This document shows, piece by piece, positions 40,996-58,652 of a DNA stretch of 64,000 nucleotides; the stretch's first letter is position 1; every line of letters starts with the position of its first letter. The notes beneath the pieces were generated by a model. That model saw only the letters and a program-made list of their open reading frames with translations, searched no databases and was not told where the DNA came from. Location: contig JBBPEB010000026.1 in assembly GCA_039096225.1 (NCBI GenBank), positions 1 through 64,000 of the forward strand. Reading direction: 5' to 3'. The DNA is from Blastocystis sp. Blastoise. Taxonomy: Eukaryota; Protista; Bigyra: Opalinata. The position numbers and the translations under genes are program-made.

Positions 40996-42559
40996 TTACA
41001 AATATACTCTTTCAACATTATGTTGGCGTTTATATACATACATTTCATTGTAATCTATATATAAAAATAGGTTTCAAATTATATTATTTTACATAGTTAT
41101 ATAAATTTATGTATAGTTATAATCAATAATAAGCATATATATACCACGGTCTCCACGTTTTCTGAATATTTCATCATTTTTCTCGGATTCGATCATTTTT
41201 AATATATTCGCAGGTATACCAAAATCAACATTTCTACATATATATATATCTCGAGTATATAGTTCTTCACCTAAATTACTGACATCAGATTTAGGTATAG
41301 CAATAGATTGACGTATAGATTTTTTATCTCCAGTCTTAAGTGTAATAATATCAATATAGAAACCCTATACATATTTATAATCAATATATATAGTATAACT
41401 CTATTATAAAAAAAAATATATATATATATACATTCTTTGTTTTTTCAACAAAAGACTTACACACTTGTTGTATATACATAAATTGACTTTTTTTCTTTAA
41501 AAGAACATTTACATAATTCCTATCATGCTTACTATATTATGAATATAATAATAAATATAATTATGATAATAAATAGAATTATAATAGATATAATTATAAT
41601 AATAAATATAATTATAATAATAAATATAATTATAATAATAAATATAATTATAATAATAAATAGAATTATAATAATAAATATAATTATAATAATAAATATA
41701 ATTATAATAATAAATAGAATTATAATAGATATAATTATAATAATAAATATAATTATAATAATAAATATAATTATGATAAAAAAAAATTATAATACTAAAT
41801 ATTATAATAAGAATATATTTATATACGCCTTGAAATAAGCACCAAGTTGTTCTTTATAGTTAACGTCTCTATAACTAAATATATCTTTAAGTCCTTTAGA
41901 GTAAAGAGCACTAGTAACACTTTCATATCCAGGACTAAATAAAATTATATATTCATATACATTCACACATGGAATAATAAGATAGAAATATGAAGAGATT
42001 GTCAAAGCAAAAACCATAATAATTTATATAATAATAATTATATAATGATTCTAACAATAAATAATCTATAAATATATACGCTTGAATCATCTGAATAATT
42101 CGCTGAATAAAACTGAATCCGTAAATACCTCCATTCTCCATAAGGGTATTAATAGCACTAACAGCCTATATATATATATATATATTATAATTTCTAAAAA
42201 AAGTATATAAATAACATTATATTTATAAAAACAATATACTTGTTTATCAACGAGACTATCTAAGGGTAAAACAGGTAATTGACCAAAGAAATAATATTCT
42301 ACATCTCTAAATTCTATATGACGAGCTATAAAGAAAATATATTATATAATCTATTATTTTTTAGATATAAATGTTAAGGAAACATAGTTTTAGATATAAT
42401 ATGCATACTATATTCTTCTTTGGTTTCATTAAAATCTGTAACAAAAGGAGGTAAATAATGAATATTTTGAGTAATAGTAAGAAGCACATCATACCAAAGA
42501 TATAAAGGGAAAGGAGGATAAGGACTAAAGGCTAAGATCTCCTCACCATTCTATATATA

Positions 42560-42591
<32 letters not shown>

Positions 42592-45500
42592 GTTATAACA
42601 TATATACAATAATAATCATTAATCATTTTATATATATTATAATAATGAAAATAAAAAAATTATAAAAAATAATATCATTCATAATAACTAGAATAATTAA
42701 ATATATTTACCATAGAAATAACAATACAAGGTTCTTTATTCTTTTTCTTACCAAGTTTTTCACGTGAAATACTAAGATGGCAATTATAAATATCATATCG
42801 TTTATGTAAATGGCTTAAATCACTTATATTATATCTATATTTAATATATTTATTATAATAAATGTAATTAAAACGATACATAAATTATTTATAATAAAAG
42901 ACAAAAAATAATAATATATATATATATATTTATTATAAAAAATATAATTAAAACGATTTATATATTATTTATAATAAAAAGACAAAAAATAATAATAATT
43001 TAATATATATTTACTCCAATAAATAACGTCCAGTAATAACAAATATTCTATCTTTCCATTCTTTATTTCCATCACAATAAATACATCGTGAAACACGACC
43101 TTCAAAATCTTTTTCGGTTTCATATAAATTTAAAGTAGTATAATATTGAACACTACCAATATTTTCAATTCGTTTAGATATATTTAAATATTTCTTTTGA
43201 ACTGTTTCAAGTATATGTTTATAAGGTTCTGAGTCTTTATTTAAAAATCTATTCTTATCAAAATTTTGTTTTTCTTCTTTATTTATATTATAGATATAAT
43301 ATAATGATTTTTCAATGGTATCATTTCGTTGAGTAATTTGTTTATTTGTTTCAAACAATTTTGATTGAAATCCTTTAAAATTAATACCAAAGTTATTTTG
43401 TTTATTATTAAAAGATCCACTAGGAGAAGAAGGAGAAGTTGTTAATGAATCAATTTCTTTAGAATTCGATATAGAAGAAGAACGTTTTCCTCCTAAATTA
43501 GCAAATATATTTGTTTTATTAGTATTATCAACATAATTTAAATGTGGATTAAAGAATTCATAAGAAGGAGTAAAAGATCGTAAACAACGTAAATAGAAGG
43601 ATAATGCTAAAGAAGGATAAAGTGCAGGTATATGAGCATTGAAGAAAGAGAAAAATTGACTTAATACAATAAAATATAATCCAGGTGAATAAGAATAAGG
43701 AGGTAAAGAATAAGATAAGGGACAATGACTAGGAGTCTCATGAAATTGGAATAAACGATGAAACATATCCACTATATATAGATGGTATAGTGTTATTATA
43801 TTATTATTATTATTATTTTTATACTATTATTATATTATTATTTTTATTATATTATTATTTTTATTATATTATTTTTATATTATTATTATATTATTATTTT
43901 TATTATATTATTATTATATTATTTTTATAAATATTATTTTTATTATATATAATATTTATAAAATAAAATTAATATTTATAAAAAATAATATATATATACA
44001 AATAAGAATTCTATCATTACTATGATTATTTGTATAAACACTTAATATTCCTTCAAATAATCCTGGGATATCTAGCCATAACATAATAGTTCCTTCATAT
44101 ATAGATCGATATATAAAGTATAATGAGCAAGAAACAATAGAATTATCAGTAGAAACAAGATTTGTAACAAGCATCGTTTTAACATCTGTTGGAATATCAT
44201 CATTATATGAGAAATCAGGAAGATTACAGGATAAAGATACAAGTGATTGAAGAATAGAAGGAGCTAATTTGGGATGAGAAACATATGTAACATATAAATC
44301 TAAAGAAAATAAGAAATAGATAGAGTATATATGGAGAATAAATATTTATAACAGTTAATATTATTATTTAAAATTAAAAAAATATTATTAATAAAATATA
44401 ATTTAATATTATTAACATAATAAAACTAATAATAACAATAAAATAATAATTATATATATATATATACCCCAAAGAGTAGTAAATAGTCCAGAATCATAAA
44501 GTTCTGTGCATACACTTGTTAATCTACTTACATATCTAATAAGATCCGATAAAATAATTAATAGAGCTTCTTTTCCTTCTATCCATTCAGAACTAATATA
44601 TAATTCTTTTACTTCTTGTTTTTCTTGTCTCTTTGTAGAACTTATAGAATTTGTAATTTGAATAATAAGACCACTTGAACTAGCATCCATATAAGGAGGA
44701 TAAGCCTCATATTCAATATTATTCAATACAGTAAAGAACACAGAAGCAATAAAAGACTGTGACATATCATCAATAAAACGAGGAGATATCTGACATAATA
44801 ATACTAATACCTATTTAAATATGTATAACATAGTATATATAATAATATAAACTATAATGATATATAAAATAAAAAGTATATGAATATTGAACAAGAATAA
44901 TATAGAAAAAAAAGAGAATAAAAAAAATATTATAAAAAGCAAAGAAAATATCAATTACTATAATAAATAATATATAGAATATACCTTTAATGTAAGTTGA
45001 ACAATACCACGATTTGGGAATTTCAATAGATTTGTTAATAGAGGAATCATTTCATGTTTACGAATTGTAAGAACATAAGGAGAAATACTATACGCTACAG
45101 AAGTAAAACTTTTAGTTTTATTAAATTCAACAAAGGAAGGAACATAAATAAGTTCATCTGGCGAAGATTCATTTTGATGAGAAGAATACTGAACACTTTT
45201 CTTAATATTAATAAATTCTTCTGAATTAGAAATACCATTCCTAGCATCACGTTTAGCTTTCTTTGCATTTTCGATTTTTAATACTTGTCTCAAAACAATA
45301 TAAATGATATATAAAGAACGAATGCCTATTTGAATATCTGTTTCATCGCTTTCAGGATTTGTAATCAATTGTAATAAGAAATGAACAGGAATTTCAAATT
45401 GAGAGAAAAATACATAATTAATCTAGATATAGATAATTTTTATATATTAATATAATGAATAAATCAATTTTAAATGAGTGTATCACTTACACTAGATTTT

Positions 45501-45706
45501 TCTCCATCATCATTAGCATATTCTAATACTAATTTTGATAATATTTGAGCCAGAATTCCAGTAGTTTCCTCTTTGTTATTTCCAGCTATCATTCCAAACA
45601 TTTCACGGATAGAATCATCCGCATAACCTACGATTATTTTCAATTATATATACAAATCGTTCAAAAACATACCATAACAACTATCTCCAAATCTTCTTTT
45701 TTGCAT
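40996..45706 (-). CDS. Large multi-exon protein of unknown function; helical-repeat-like N-terminal half, possible PH-like domain
   Basis: ATG at 45706 (MQKRRFGDSCY); exons include ORFs 44958, 44412, 43956, 43011, 42675, 41953 and 41802; CDGNKEWKDRIFVITGRYLLEY resembles a PH first hairpin; ends NVERVYL*. Confidence 0.6.
41545..41778. repeat. Intronic 18-bp minisatellite (ataaatataattataata)
   Basis: About 13 tandem units with tat/tag variants inside an intron; source of spurious ORF 41539. Confidence 0.88.
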
Positions 45707-46594
45707 CCTTCGTTAATTAATTCAATAAAAAGAAGAAATACTAAAATATATGTTCTTTAAAAATATTATTTCATCTTTAAAAAAATAAAATCAAAATAAA
45801 ACTTGCAAAGATAAATTCACGTAAAACTACTAAAAATGAGATGAAATTCTAAGAATAATCTGAAAAAAAAATCTTTAATTTTTTTATCATGATCTTTCTA
45901 CATTTCTTTTATTTTCATCACTAAAGCAACAAGGGAAATCAAATTAACTCATAATAAGATGATATAAAGTCTTGGTTTAATGATTCATTTACTTGTAAAT
46001 CAATATTTATCAACTTTTTCAACTCATTTTTGTTTCTTTAATATATGATTTTTTTATTTGTATTTATGTTTTAGCTATCAATGTATGATATAACGAACCA
46101 TCTTCTGAGGATGTCTGTTACCTTTAAGCATTCATTTATCCATTTTTAGTATTTTAACAGATTTGATTGGCTATTTTGAGTTTTTATCCAATCAGTTTGT
46201 TTAAAATGAAAAATCATCGTTAGAAGATATTCTTTATTTTTATTCCTTTATTATTTGGTCTATAACTGCTTAGATATGTAAAAGATATATAAAAATATAT
46301 TTAATACATAATTTGAAGAGTATAATTCGCAGTAAATAAAGAAAATATAAGCTTGTAATAAACAGAAAATATTATATATATAACGTTAATAGACGTAGAT
46401 AACCCTTAAAAAGCAAGTCATTTTTTATGTATTATTCTTTTATTAACTTTTTTATAACTGAAAAAAATATTATATATATATATATATATATAGATTTATG
46501 GAACATTAAAAAAAAATAATACAAAACAATTTCTGTAGCATATAATATATTCATGATAACCAATCAATAATCTTATATATAAATATAATTATAT

Positions 46595-49303
<2,709 letters not shown>

Positions 49304-50306
49304 CGCTATTCTTCCTAACATTTAAAAAAAAGTAATTGAAGAATAAGAAGATATTTCTCAGTGACATTTCTTCGAATTCTCTTGAGAAAATTAATTAAAA
49401 AAAATTTTTTTAGAAATAGTTTAGAATCATATTCATGCTAAATATTAATTCCATACAACAATATTTATATCATTTCCGTAGAAGGCCTACTATTGAATGC
49501 TATATAACCTAGAAATTCTGACTTTTTCATTTATTTATTCTTCATTTTTTTCAAATAAGTTCTTGTTTTTCTTTTAACTAGTTTCTAAAGGTTCTGTATA
49601 GTTTTTTTAACAAAGATATTTTGAAAAATTATTACAAATGTAATCAATTATTTATAAAAAAAACAGTAAAACCATTTAGAATCACATGTATAGAATATTA
49701 TAGAATATCTATAAGGTATTCAACTAACTTGAATCAACGATATTTCAACAATAAAATATATTTTTCATGAATTTCGAACAAAAATGACTTTTGAATCAAT
49801 AATACGTTTGAAACTACTATGACATAATAAAAAGATTCTATATACGTCATGATATATATATATATTACAATAGAACTAAACAAGAAATGAGGGTAGATGA
49901 CATTCAAAAGTATAACCTATAAACAAAAAACACAAATATAATCTAAAAAATGATTATAATCAGTATTTTATGCATATATAAATGACAAATACAACAATAA
50001 TAAACGAATACATATATATAGACTGATAAAGTATGTGAATAAAAAAAAATTGAAAAGAAGATAACAAAAATTATTCTTTATTTTTAAAAAAAAAGAAACA
50101 TAAACTTTGAAATATAAATAAAGAAAAAGAAATTATGGTTTTAGTGATGAATAATATAATGTTAACTAGAAAAAAAAATGTATAAATGTATTTATAGATA
50201 TAGATATATTCATAATTAAATGAAATACATAGACATAGATATAATAGAGAAAACAATGAATATATTGTAATTAATAAATACATTTATATATAGAGGAGAA
50301 ATAACC

Positions 50307-53168
50307 TTATAATTTAGCTTCAATAACTTGTTCAGGTTCAGTAATAATATTCTTATTATCAGCTAATATATAATGGCATCCATGAGAAACAGGCTGATTG
50401 ACAGCATCGGTAGCAACACATAAAGCTATATAGAAATTGTTTAGTATATTTTTATTATATATTTTTATTATATATTATTAGAGTATATTTTTATTATATA
50501 TTACTTATAATATATTTTTTTATAATATATTATTATTATAATATTATTTATAATATATTATTATTATATATTATTTATAATATATTTTTATAATATTCTA
50601 TTATTATAGTATATTTTATAATATTTTTTTATAATAAACTATTATTATTATATATTATAAAAATCTAATAAATATCTACCTGTATCAATAGAATTTCGAA
50701 GAGAATAAAGTTCGCTATCTGGTTTAGAAGTCGAAATAGTTTTAGTGATATCTTCTTTAATACCATTTAATATACATATACTTTCATTTAACTTCTTAGG
50801 AGTACGAATAATACCTACATTATCCCACATTACCTACAGAATGAAATAGAATTAATAAATATATATATATTAATACTATTTATAAATAAACTAAGAATAT
50901 ATACAGAATGAATTCTATCCCAATAACCCTTAATAACCGCGGGAGAAACAGCTTCAGTACGTTTATTAATATTTTCATATACATTTCCATCTAATCCATT
51001 AATATCACTAATAAAAGATTTAGAACTAATAGATTGAGATAATTCCATTCCACAGAAATGTCCCCAAGTAAGACCTTCTAAAAGAGACGTAGAAGCAAGA
51101 CGATTGGCTCCATGTACACCCGTACAACTGACTTCACCAATACATAAAAGACTATACATAAATTATATATAAAAAAAAATAGTATTTATAATTGTTATTG
51201 AATACTAAATATAAATAAAATAGAAAGATCATTAATATATAGAGTAATAGAATAAATAATAACACTAATATATATATATACTTTTGAATATTTGTTTGTC
51301 CATGATTATCAACAAGAACACCGCCGCAGCTGAAATGAGCAGCCGGAACACAAGGAATAGGTCCTTTAGTGAGGTCATGACCTAGAGAGAGACAGGTAGT
51401 ATATACCTGAGGGAAACGAGAAGTAATCCAATCATGAGGCTTGAAGGAGATATCCAAGTAACTATATAGAGTAGTATTATTATGTTTATTATTATGTTTA
51501 TTATTATGTTTATTATTATGTTTATTATTATGTTTATTATTATTAAAATATATTATTATTGTTGTTAAAAAATAAATTATTATTATTATTACTATTAAAA
51601 AATAAATTATGATTATAAATACATACCAATGTTTACTATTATTTTTAAGCATTTCTCTATAGATCATTCTACTAACAATATCACGAGGAGCTAAATTACC
51701 AAGGGGATGATATTTCTTAGCAAATTCTTCATTCTTAGTATTCAATAAGACAGCTCCTTCTCCACGAAGTGATTCGGTTAATAAGAAATTACGATTATGT
51801 TCTACATATAAAGCAGTAGGATGGAATTGAACATATTCCATATCACCAGTCTTAGCACCTATATATAATATTTTATTATTATTTTAAATAATTATTATAA
51901 GTATGCTAATAAAACTAATATATATATATATCTAAAAATAAATTCCTGAATCTAACAATCGTTAACATAAATATAATAATAAATAATAATTATAATAATA
52001 ATAATTATTATTATATATATATATATATATATACCAATTCTCTTAGCAAGAGCTACACCTTCTCCTTTAGCAGCAGGGGGATTACTGGTAAATGGATATA
52101 ACTCACCAAGGCCACCTGTAGCTAAAACAACTTGCTTAGCATATACAGTCATATATCTAGAGAGTCAAATAATTAATATATAACAATAAACAATATCTAA
52201 CAATAAACAATAAATAATAAAAACAATAAAAAAAACATACTCATCATATTTTTTATTATAAATAAGAGCACCAGCACAAATATTCTCTCCATTATCTTGT
52301 TTCTTCATAGAAGTAAGAAGATCAATAACTTGAGATGTAGTAATAATATGAATATTAGGATGAGCTTGTACACTTGCAGATAAACCCTATATATATATAT
52401 AATAATAATAAATATATATATTTCATAAACTAAATAGCATAATTACAATTTTTAAAAAAATATATATATATATATATATAAATGTCAATAAAAACATACT
52501 CGAATAATAGCTTTACCTGTTTCATCCTTATAATGAATAATTCTTCGTGTACTATGAGCACCTTCTCTAGTCATATCTAATTCTTCATGATCATCATGAT
52601 CAAATTCTACATTAACTGGTTTTGTTAATAATACTTCATCTATAGCCTAAATTTATAAAAATTAGATTTTCTTTTTTATTCTTCAAAAATACACAAATAA
52701 ATATAATATAATATACTTTAGGTCCATTCTTAGATAAATATAAAACAGCATCCTTCTTATTTTCATTGGCACCAGCAACAAGAATATCATTAGCTAGAAG
52801 ATCAATCGAATCTTTCTTTCCTCTGTATACAATACCTCCTTGAGCCCTGAATATAGGTTAATTATAGAAATTTCAAAGCATAAGAATATTTCTTAACTCA
52901 ATATATACCAGTAAGAATTACATTCTTGAATATTTTCAGCTAGAGAAAGCATAGTTACATGACATCCTCCTTGAGCAGCAGCAAGAGCAGTAGAACAACC
53001 AGCTATACCACATCCTACTACTAATACATCAGTTTTAAAAGTATCTCCTTTTAAATCGTTTGTAGATATTGTATTGCAAGTAGAAGCAGCACGAGCAAAG
53101 GAACTAACGACATGAGTACGTTGAGCAATTGTTTTTATTGAAGAATTTAATATAGATATCATAGACAT
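50307..53168 (-). CDS. nadB: L-aspartate oxidase (de novo NAD synthesis), multi-exon, with N-terminal extension
   Basis: [11 protein letters not shown] motif, [104 protein letters not shown]; ends VIEAKL*. Confidence 0.93.
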
Positions 53169-54273
53169 TCTATTAGTTGATAAGAAGATAAGAAACGTGA
53201 GATAAAACTCACAAAAGAGACTTTATATAATTGAGAAAAAAAGTGAACAGTTCTTGAATAGAAAGAAAAAGACGTTGTGGATTTTTGTGGAGATAAACTT
53301 CCGTGAATAAGATCCCCTTAATGGAGAGTTTTCTTGAAAAACCGTTGATCTGACTAAAGCCGAGTGTATTTAATCACCAAGAATATTTGTGTTTTTTAAA
53401 GAAAGAAACGTTTCCATTGATTTTTATTGATGCGTCTTTTTACACCTCATGCGTCATCCACGTAAACCAGTATTCCATGGTTGTTTAAAAAGGTCATTCA
53501 TGACTCCAGGAGTGTCATCCATTTTTCATAGTCCGTTGTTTAAAAGAACAAATGAATCCACGATAAAGAAGAGTTTCCATAAATTAGAATTCTTTATAGA
53601 GAAGAAGAAACGTTTCATGAAAATGGTTTCTATTTATTTTTCTTTGTTTAAAGAAATATATATCTAGAAGGGTTCTCTAGTAATAAAAACATATATTAAT
53701 AGCAATAAGAAAAATGCGTTACTTATCTCAACTTTTGAATTGAATTTATTTGTTTAAAATTGTTAAATTGATTCCATTATTTTCTAATTAGTTATTATAT
53801 AAGTTATTGAGTATTATGCATGTATGCATAGTATAAAACCAATTCTTAACTATTGAATATATACGAGAGTAAAGATATTTTCCTGGAATCCTCCTTCGTT
53901 TTCCTAAATAATAGTTTTTTTATAAATTAGTTATGTAGAGTATTCATTAATTTTCATATTCATATGCTCGTCAATAAATAATTTATGAAAAAATATTTAT
54001 GATTTCTATGAAAAACATAATAGTAAAACTATTCCTCATTTTTGATACTTTAATCAGGTATTTATTTTGATAATATGATGATTAAGAATATAAACAAAAG
54101 AAATAGACCATAAAATATATATATTTTGTTTTGATAATGATATTGAAAGAATGATATATATATTAAAAACAAAGAAAACAATATAGAAATACATTTTTTA
54201 AAAATTATATGAAATTACTATAAAAACTATAATTTATACATTAAGATACATATTGCTTCGCAAATAATTCAAG

Positions 54274-57200
54274 TTATACACTGTGAGTATATATTTTCTA
54301 TATATAAAACAAAGATAAAATGATCATAAATAATATATATATTTATATATATATACATTTGTAATCATTTGAACAAGTTTATCGAATCGAACTTGTCGAA
54401 TATCATTTGTTAATTTATATGGAGTAGCAAATGTATTAATAGGCACTATGAAATATATAGAATATATCATATAGTAAATATATAAGGAAATAATATACAA
54501 TATAATAAAAATAAATAATAATTATATATATATACTAGAGGGTGTTGTATTAAGTATAGTAGGTTTCTTTTGGACAACTATATATAAGTTTTATAATGAA
54601 GAATAAATAGCTAAATGAAAATGGATATAGTATATATTCATCATATAGAAAAAATGTTAAAACAGAAAAAAAAAGATAATAAATAAAAGAGAAAAAAAAA
54701 TTTAAAAAAAATAATAATAAATAAAAAGCAAAAAAAAAATAATAATAAATAAAAAATATTTTAAAATAAAAAAAAAATAAAACTACCTTCTTGTCGAATA
54801 GAATTTGTATAGTGTTTCGATATATCAGACATAGTATTATTACGAATCACAGGAATGGGTTCTGTTTTTGAATTATCAGACGAATTCAGACGCTTTAAGG
54901 TAGGAAGATTTGAAGAATTGGAGACAACTGGGTGTTTGGCGGGGATTTCTTTGTTTTTCTTGGTTTCAACAGACTTTTTCGTTTCCTTCTTCTTTTCTTT
55001 TATGTCTCGTTTTTCTTTTCGTGTTTCCACAGCTTTTGTTGAATTAATTGTATTTTCTTTATTACTAGCAGCAGCAGAAGAAGAAGAAGAAGAAGAAGAA
55101 GAAGAACTAGTACGTGTAGCTTTTGATCTTTTTTGAACATTTGTAGTATCAGAATTATCATTAGATTTTGTTCTTTTCTCTTTTTTCTCTGATGTAGAAA
55201 CAGTAGTCTTATTATTTTTCTCTTCCTTAGAGATATCTATATTTATTTCTATAGGAGAATCTTCATCATCTAATTAGATAAGTATTATAGTTATATATAT
55301 ATAGAGAGAGAATTAAAAAAAAAACATTTTTAAAAAATCATAGGTATAAGGTTTTTTATATATTCATATAAAAAATAATTCAAAAAAAATAATAATGTAT
55401 ATATATATACCAAAAACAGGTATATTTTCCTTATTAGAATTGGTTGTATCCTTTATTTTCTTACTTGTTCTTGGTGTTTTTGTTACTTTTACTTCTTTAT
55501 TCATAGATTCATGTATACCATTATCTTCTTCATCATCATCCATATAAGCACTTCCTATTTTAATAAGAGATTCTGCATTCACTTTTCGTGTTGATTTCAC
55601 TTGCTTCTTTGGAGAAGTTTTACGGGAATCTGTTGTTTTTGAATTAGTCTTTTTAGTTTTTTCTTTATTTATATCTATCTTTGATTTTTGTTTTGAAGGA
55701 GAAGTAGTTGTAATTGTAGTTGAATTTATCATCGAATTAGTTTCTTCTTCTTCATCTTCATCATCATCAGAATCATTATCATCCAAACATGTAGGAAAAA
55801 TACCTAGAAAACATATTATTATTATTATTATTATTATTATATGTTGCTATTAAACTTATTATTAAACTGATTATTATATGTATAATATATATATCCAAAA
55901 TAATATATTTATACATTCTTTTAGATTCGATTCTGGATCAATAACATCGTTGATAAATTTACTATATATATAGTCACATATATTTTATATATATAAAAAT
56001 TTAATTAATTAATTAAGAATTTTTAAATAAATAAATAATAATAAATAATAATAAAAAATACGAAAAGAGAATATTTTCATTTTTGCTTTTAAGTCTAGCT
56101 TCCCAAATAGTTTTCATCATTGCTGAACTATGATGACGACAAAAAGATAACTTTGAAATAGAATATGTATTTTCTTTTTCATTTATATAAGTCTATATAA
56201 TGTATATAATATATTATATTATATATTATATAATATATATATATTAAAAAGCAAAAAATATATATATACTAATTTCTTATAGATATATCCAGCTTTAAAT
56301 CCACAATAAGGATGATAAGATGCTCTACAATCTTTAGTAGAACACTGAATACAATACCCCTATATATATATTATTTAATTATTAAATAAGAATTATATAC
56401 ATATATAACATTGTTAACTAATAAATAATGGTTGTTTTTTAAATTATAAAAAAATATTATTATTATATATAATAAATATATATATATAAATATATATATA
56501 TACAAGCATTTGTCTGCAAACATTACATCGAAGAAGTTTTCGATCTGGATTTATTGTAGAAAGAGCAACTACTTCTTCATGACCCTTTATATATATATAT
56601 AGAACAACGCAAAAAATATATATTTAAATTCAAATATAAATTATAAATAAAATAAATAGAAGCAAAATAAAATACCTTTGTATACTTGATTTCAGGGATA
56701 AATTCAGCACAACAAGCGTGAACCCAAACATTATCCTTTCTATTTTTAAAAAACATTATATTTTAATTATATTAAATAAAAAAACATAGCAAATACTTGA
56801 CATGAATAGCAATTCCATCATCTAATCGTTGATAGCAAATCATACAACTATATAATAAGAAGAAGAAAATATCTAATAAATAAAATAAACAAAAAAATAC
56901 AGATTTTGTTTCACACTTTGAGTTTTTTTGGCTTGACATAAACGGCAAAACCAGGATTTATTACTATCGTTTAAATCTTCAATAGAATCCTTAACATGAT
57001 AACATTTACGATGAGTTTGTTGCCCACATCCATCGCAAATGACTATCATGTTCTTCTCTGTAAAATTATAGCTAAAACAAATACTACAAGGTAATTCTTG
57101 AACTACATCACCATCAGCAGCTAGATTGAATATATTTATATGATTGTTGAACTAGAATAAACATACGTTGCTTTTTGGTTAACCAATCAAGAGGAACAGA

Positions 57201-57384
57201 AAGCTCAGCTGAACCATTATCATAAACAACATCTGCACAATTCTCTCTTAAACGACTTATTCTACCCTTATACCAAGAATTCTGCAAACACCAATTAACA
57301 AAAACAAGTTCTCCTTGAAAAAAGACATTTCCATTTTCTATACTTGTTATTAAAGAAGAGATCCTACAATATACCAAATGACAT
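54274..57384 (-). CDS. Chromatin reader with Tudor-like domain, PHD finger and extended PHD (PZP-type, as in BRPF/JADE/AF10/Nto1), plus a Lys/Glu-rich tail
   Basis: GELVFVNW..WYKGRI..DVVYDNG; CSIC..IVICDGCGQQTHRKC..WFCRLC; CMIC..WVHACCAEFIPEI..RCNVCRQ..CIQCSTKDCRASYHPYCG. The 3' end is approximate. Confidence 0.88.
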
Positions 57385-58652
57385 CGTATTATTAAATTCA
57401 ATAAGCACTTTTTTAGTATTTATAGATGAATTCTCACTTTGAAAATCCTTTTCTAAAAATTGAATAAAGAGAGGCATGAATGTTTTAATGTATTTATATT
57501 TATTTTTATTTATATTTATTTTTATTCATTTTTTATATAAATCATGTAATTCTATTTATTTTATTAAATAAATATATTAAAATCTTTGTCCATAAATAAT
57601 TATTTATCATTTCAATAAGAAATAAAGTAGATACTCAAATATTTTTTATGAACATTCTCCTTTTTTCCATTCTAAACAGTATCTTAAACAAAAGAAAAAA
57701 AGTCTTAAATAATAAAATATACTAATTGAATCTATTCTACTAAAAATAACTTAGAAATGATCACATTTTGCGTTTTATAGAATTCATAATCTATAATTCG
57801 TACCTTATATTCAGCGTATCCTTTAACTATTGACTAACGAACACATTTATTTAAAAAAATAAAGAGTTTTTGCGAATTGTCATCCAGTTCTTATAGAGAT
57901 ATTGATTCATATCATAATATTATAATCCAAACAAAATATCAGTCAACATAAAACCAGAATAACCACAATAAAATCAATGTTTCATCAAATTCAACAAGAA
58001 ATCTAAATGAGTTTTACGTTTTTTTCCATCTAAATAAACTTTGCTTATTCCTAATATATATATATATATTATTACACTAATCTATTTGTTAAAATCAGCA
58101 AGAAAAAACAACAAATCTTCATTGAATCCTTGAAATCGTTCCTTCTTGAAAATGTCATTTCATTTATATTAATAAAAAATTAAAAAACAATTAACTATCT
58201 CTAAATTGATATCAACAGAACTAACATAATTCATCTTTTAGTACTTTGAAATTCTTATAATCATAAATACAACAAAAATCAATTGATTCTATCAAATCTA
58301 AGCAACCTATATAAATAAGAGAAAACAATTTATACATTATTTCTAGCAATTTACAGTGACATCACAAACAATTCATTATCCAAATCTCTTCCAAAAGATA
58401 GCTCAATATCTATTTTATGTCATCCATGCCAGCCAACTAGTTACTAACCTTAAAAACCATATTATAGCCGTGATATAACTTTGAAAAGAATAAACAAGTA
58501 TTTGGAATAACCTTGGAAATACGTCAAACAACACAGTTTTTCCTGAGAAAGAAATGCCAGTTCTTTTGACTGTTTTTCCATAAATAATATTTTTCACATT
58601 AAATACTCGATCATCATATCTTTATTAAGGAAAATAATTATCTCCATAGAAT

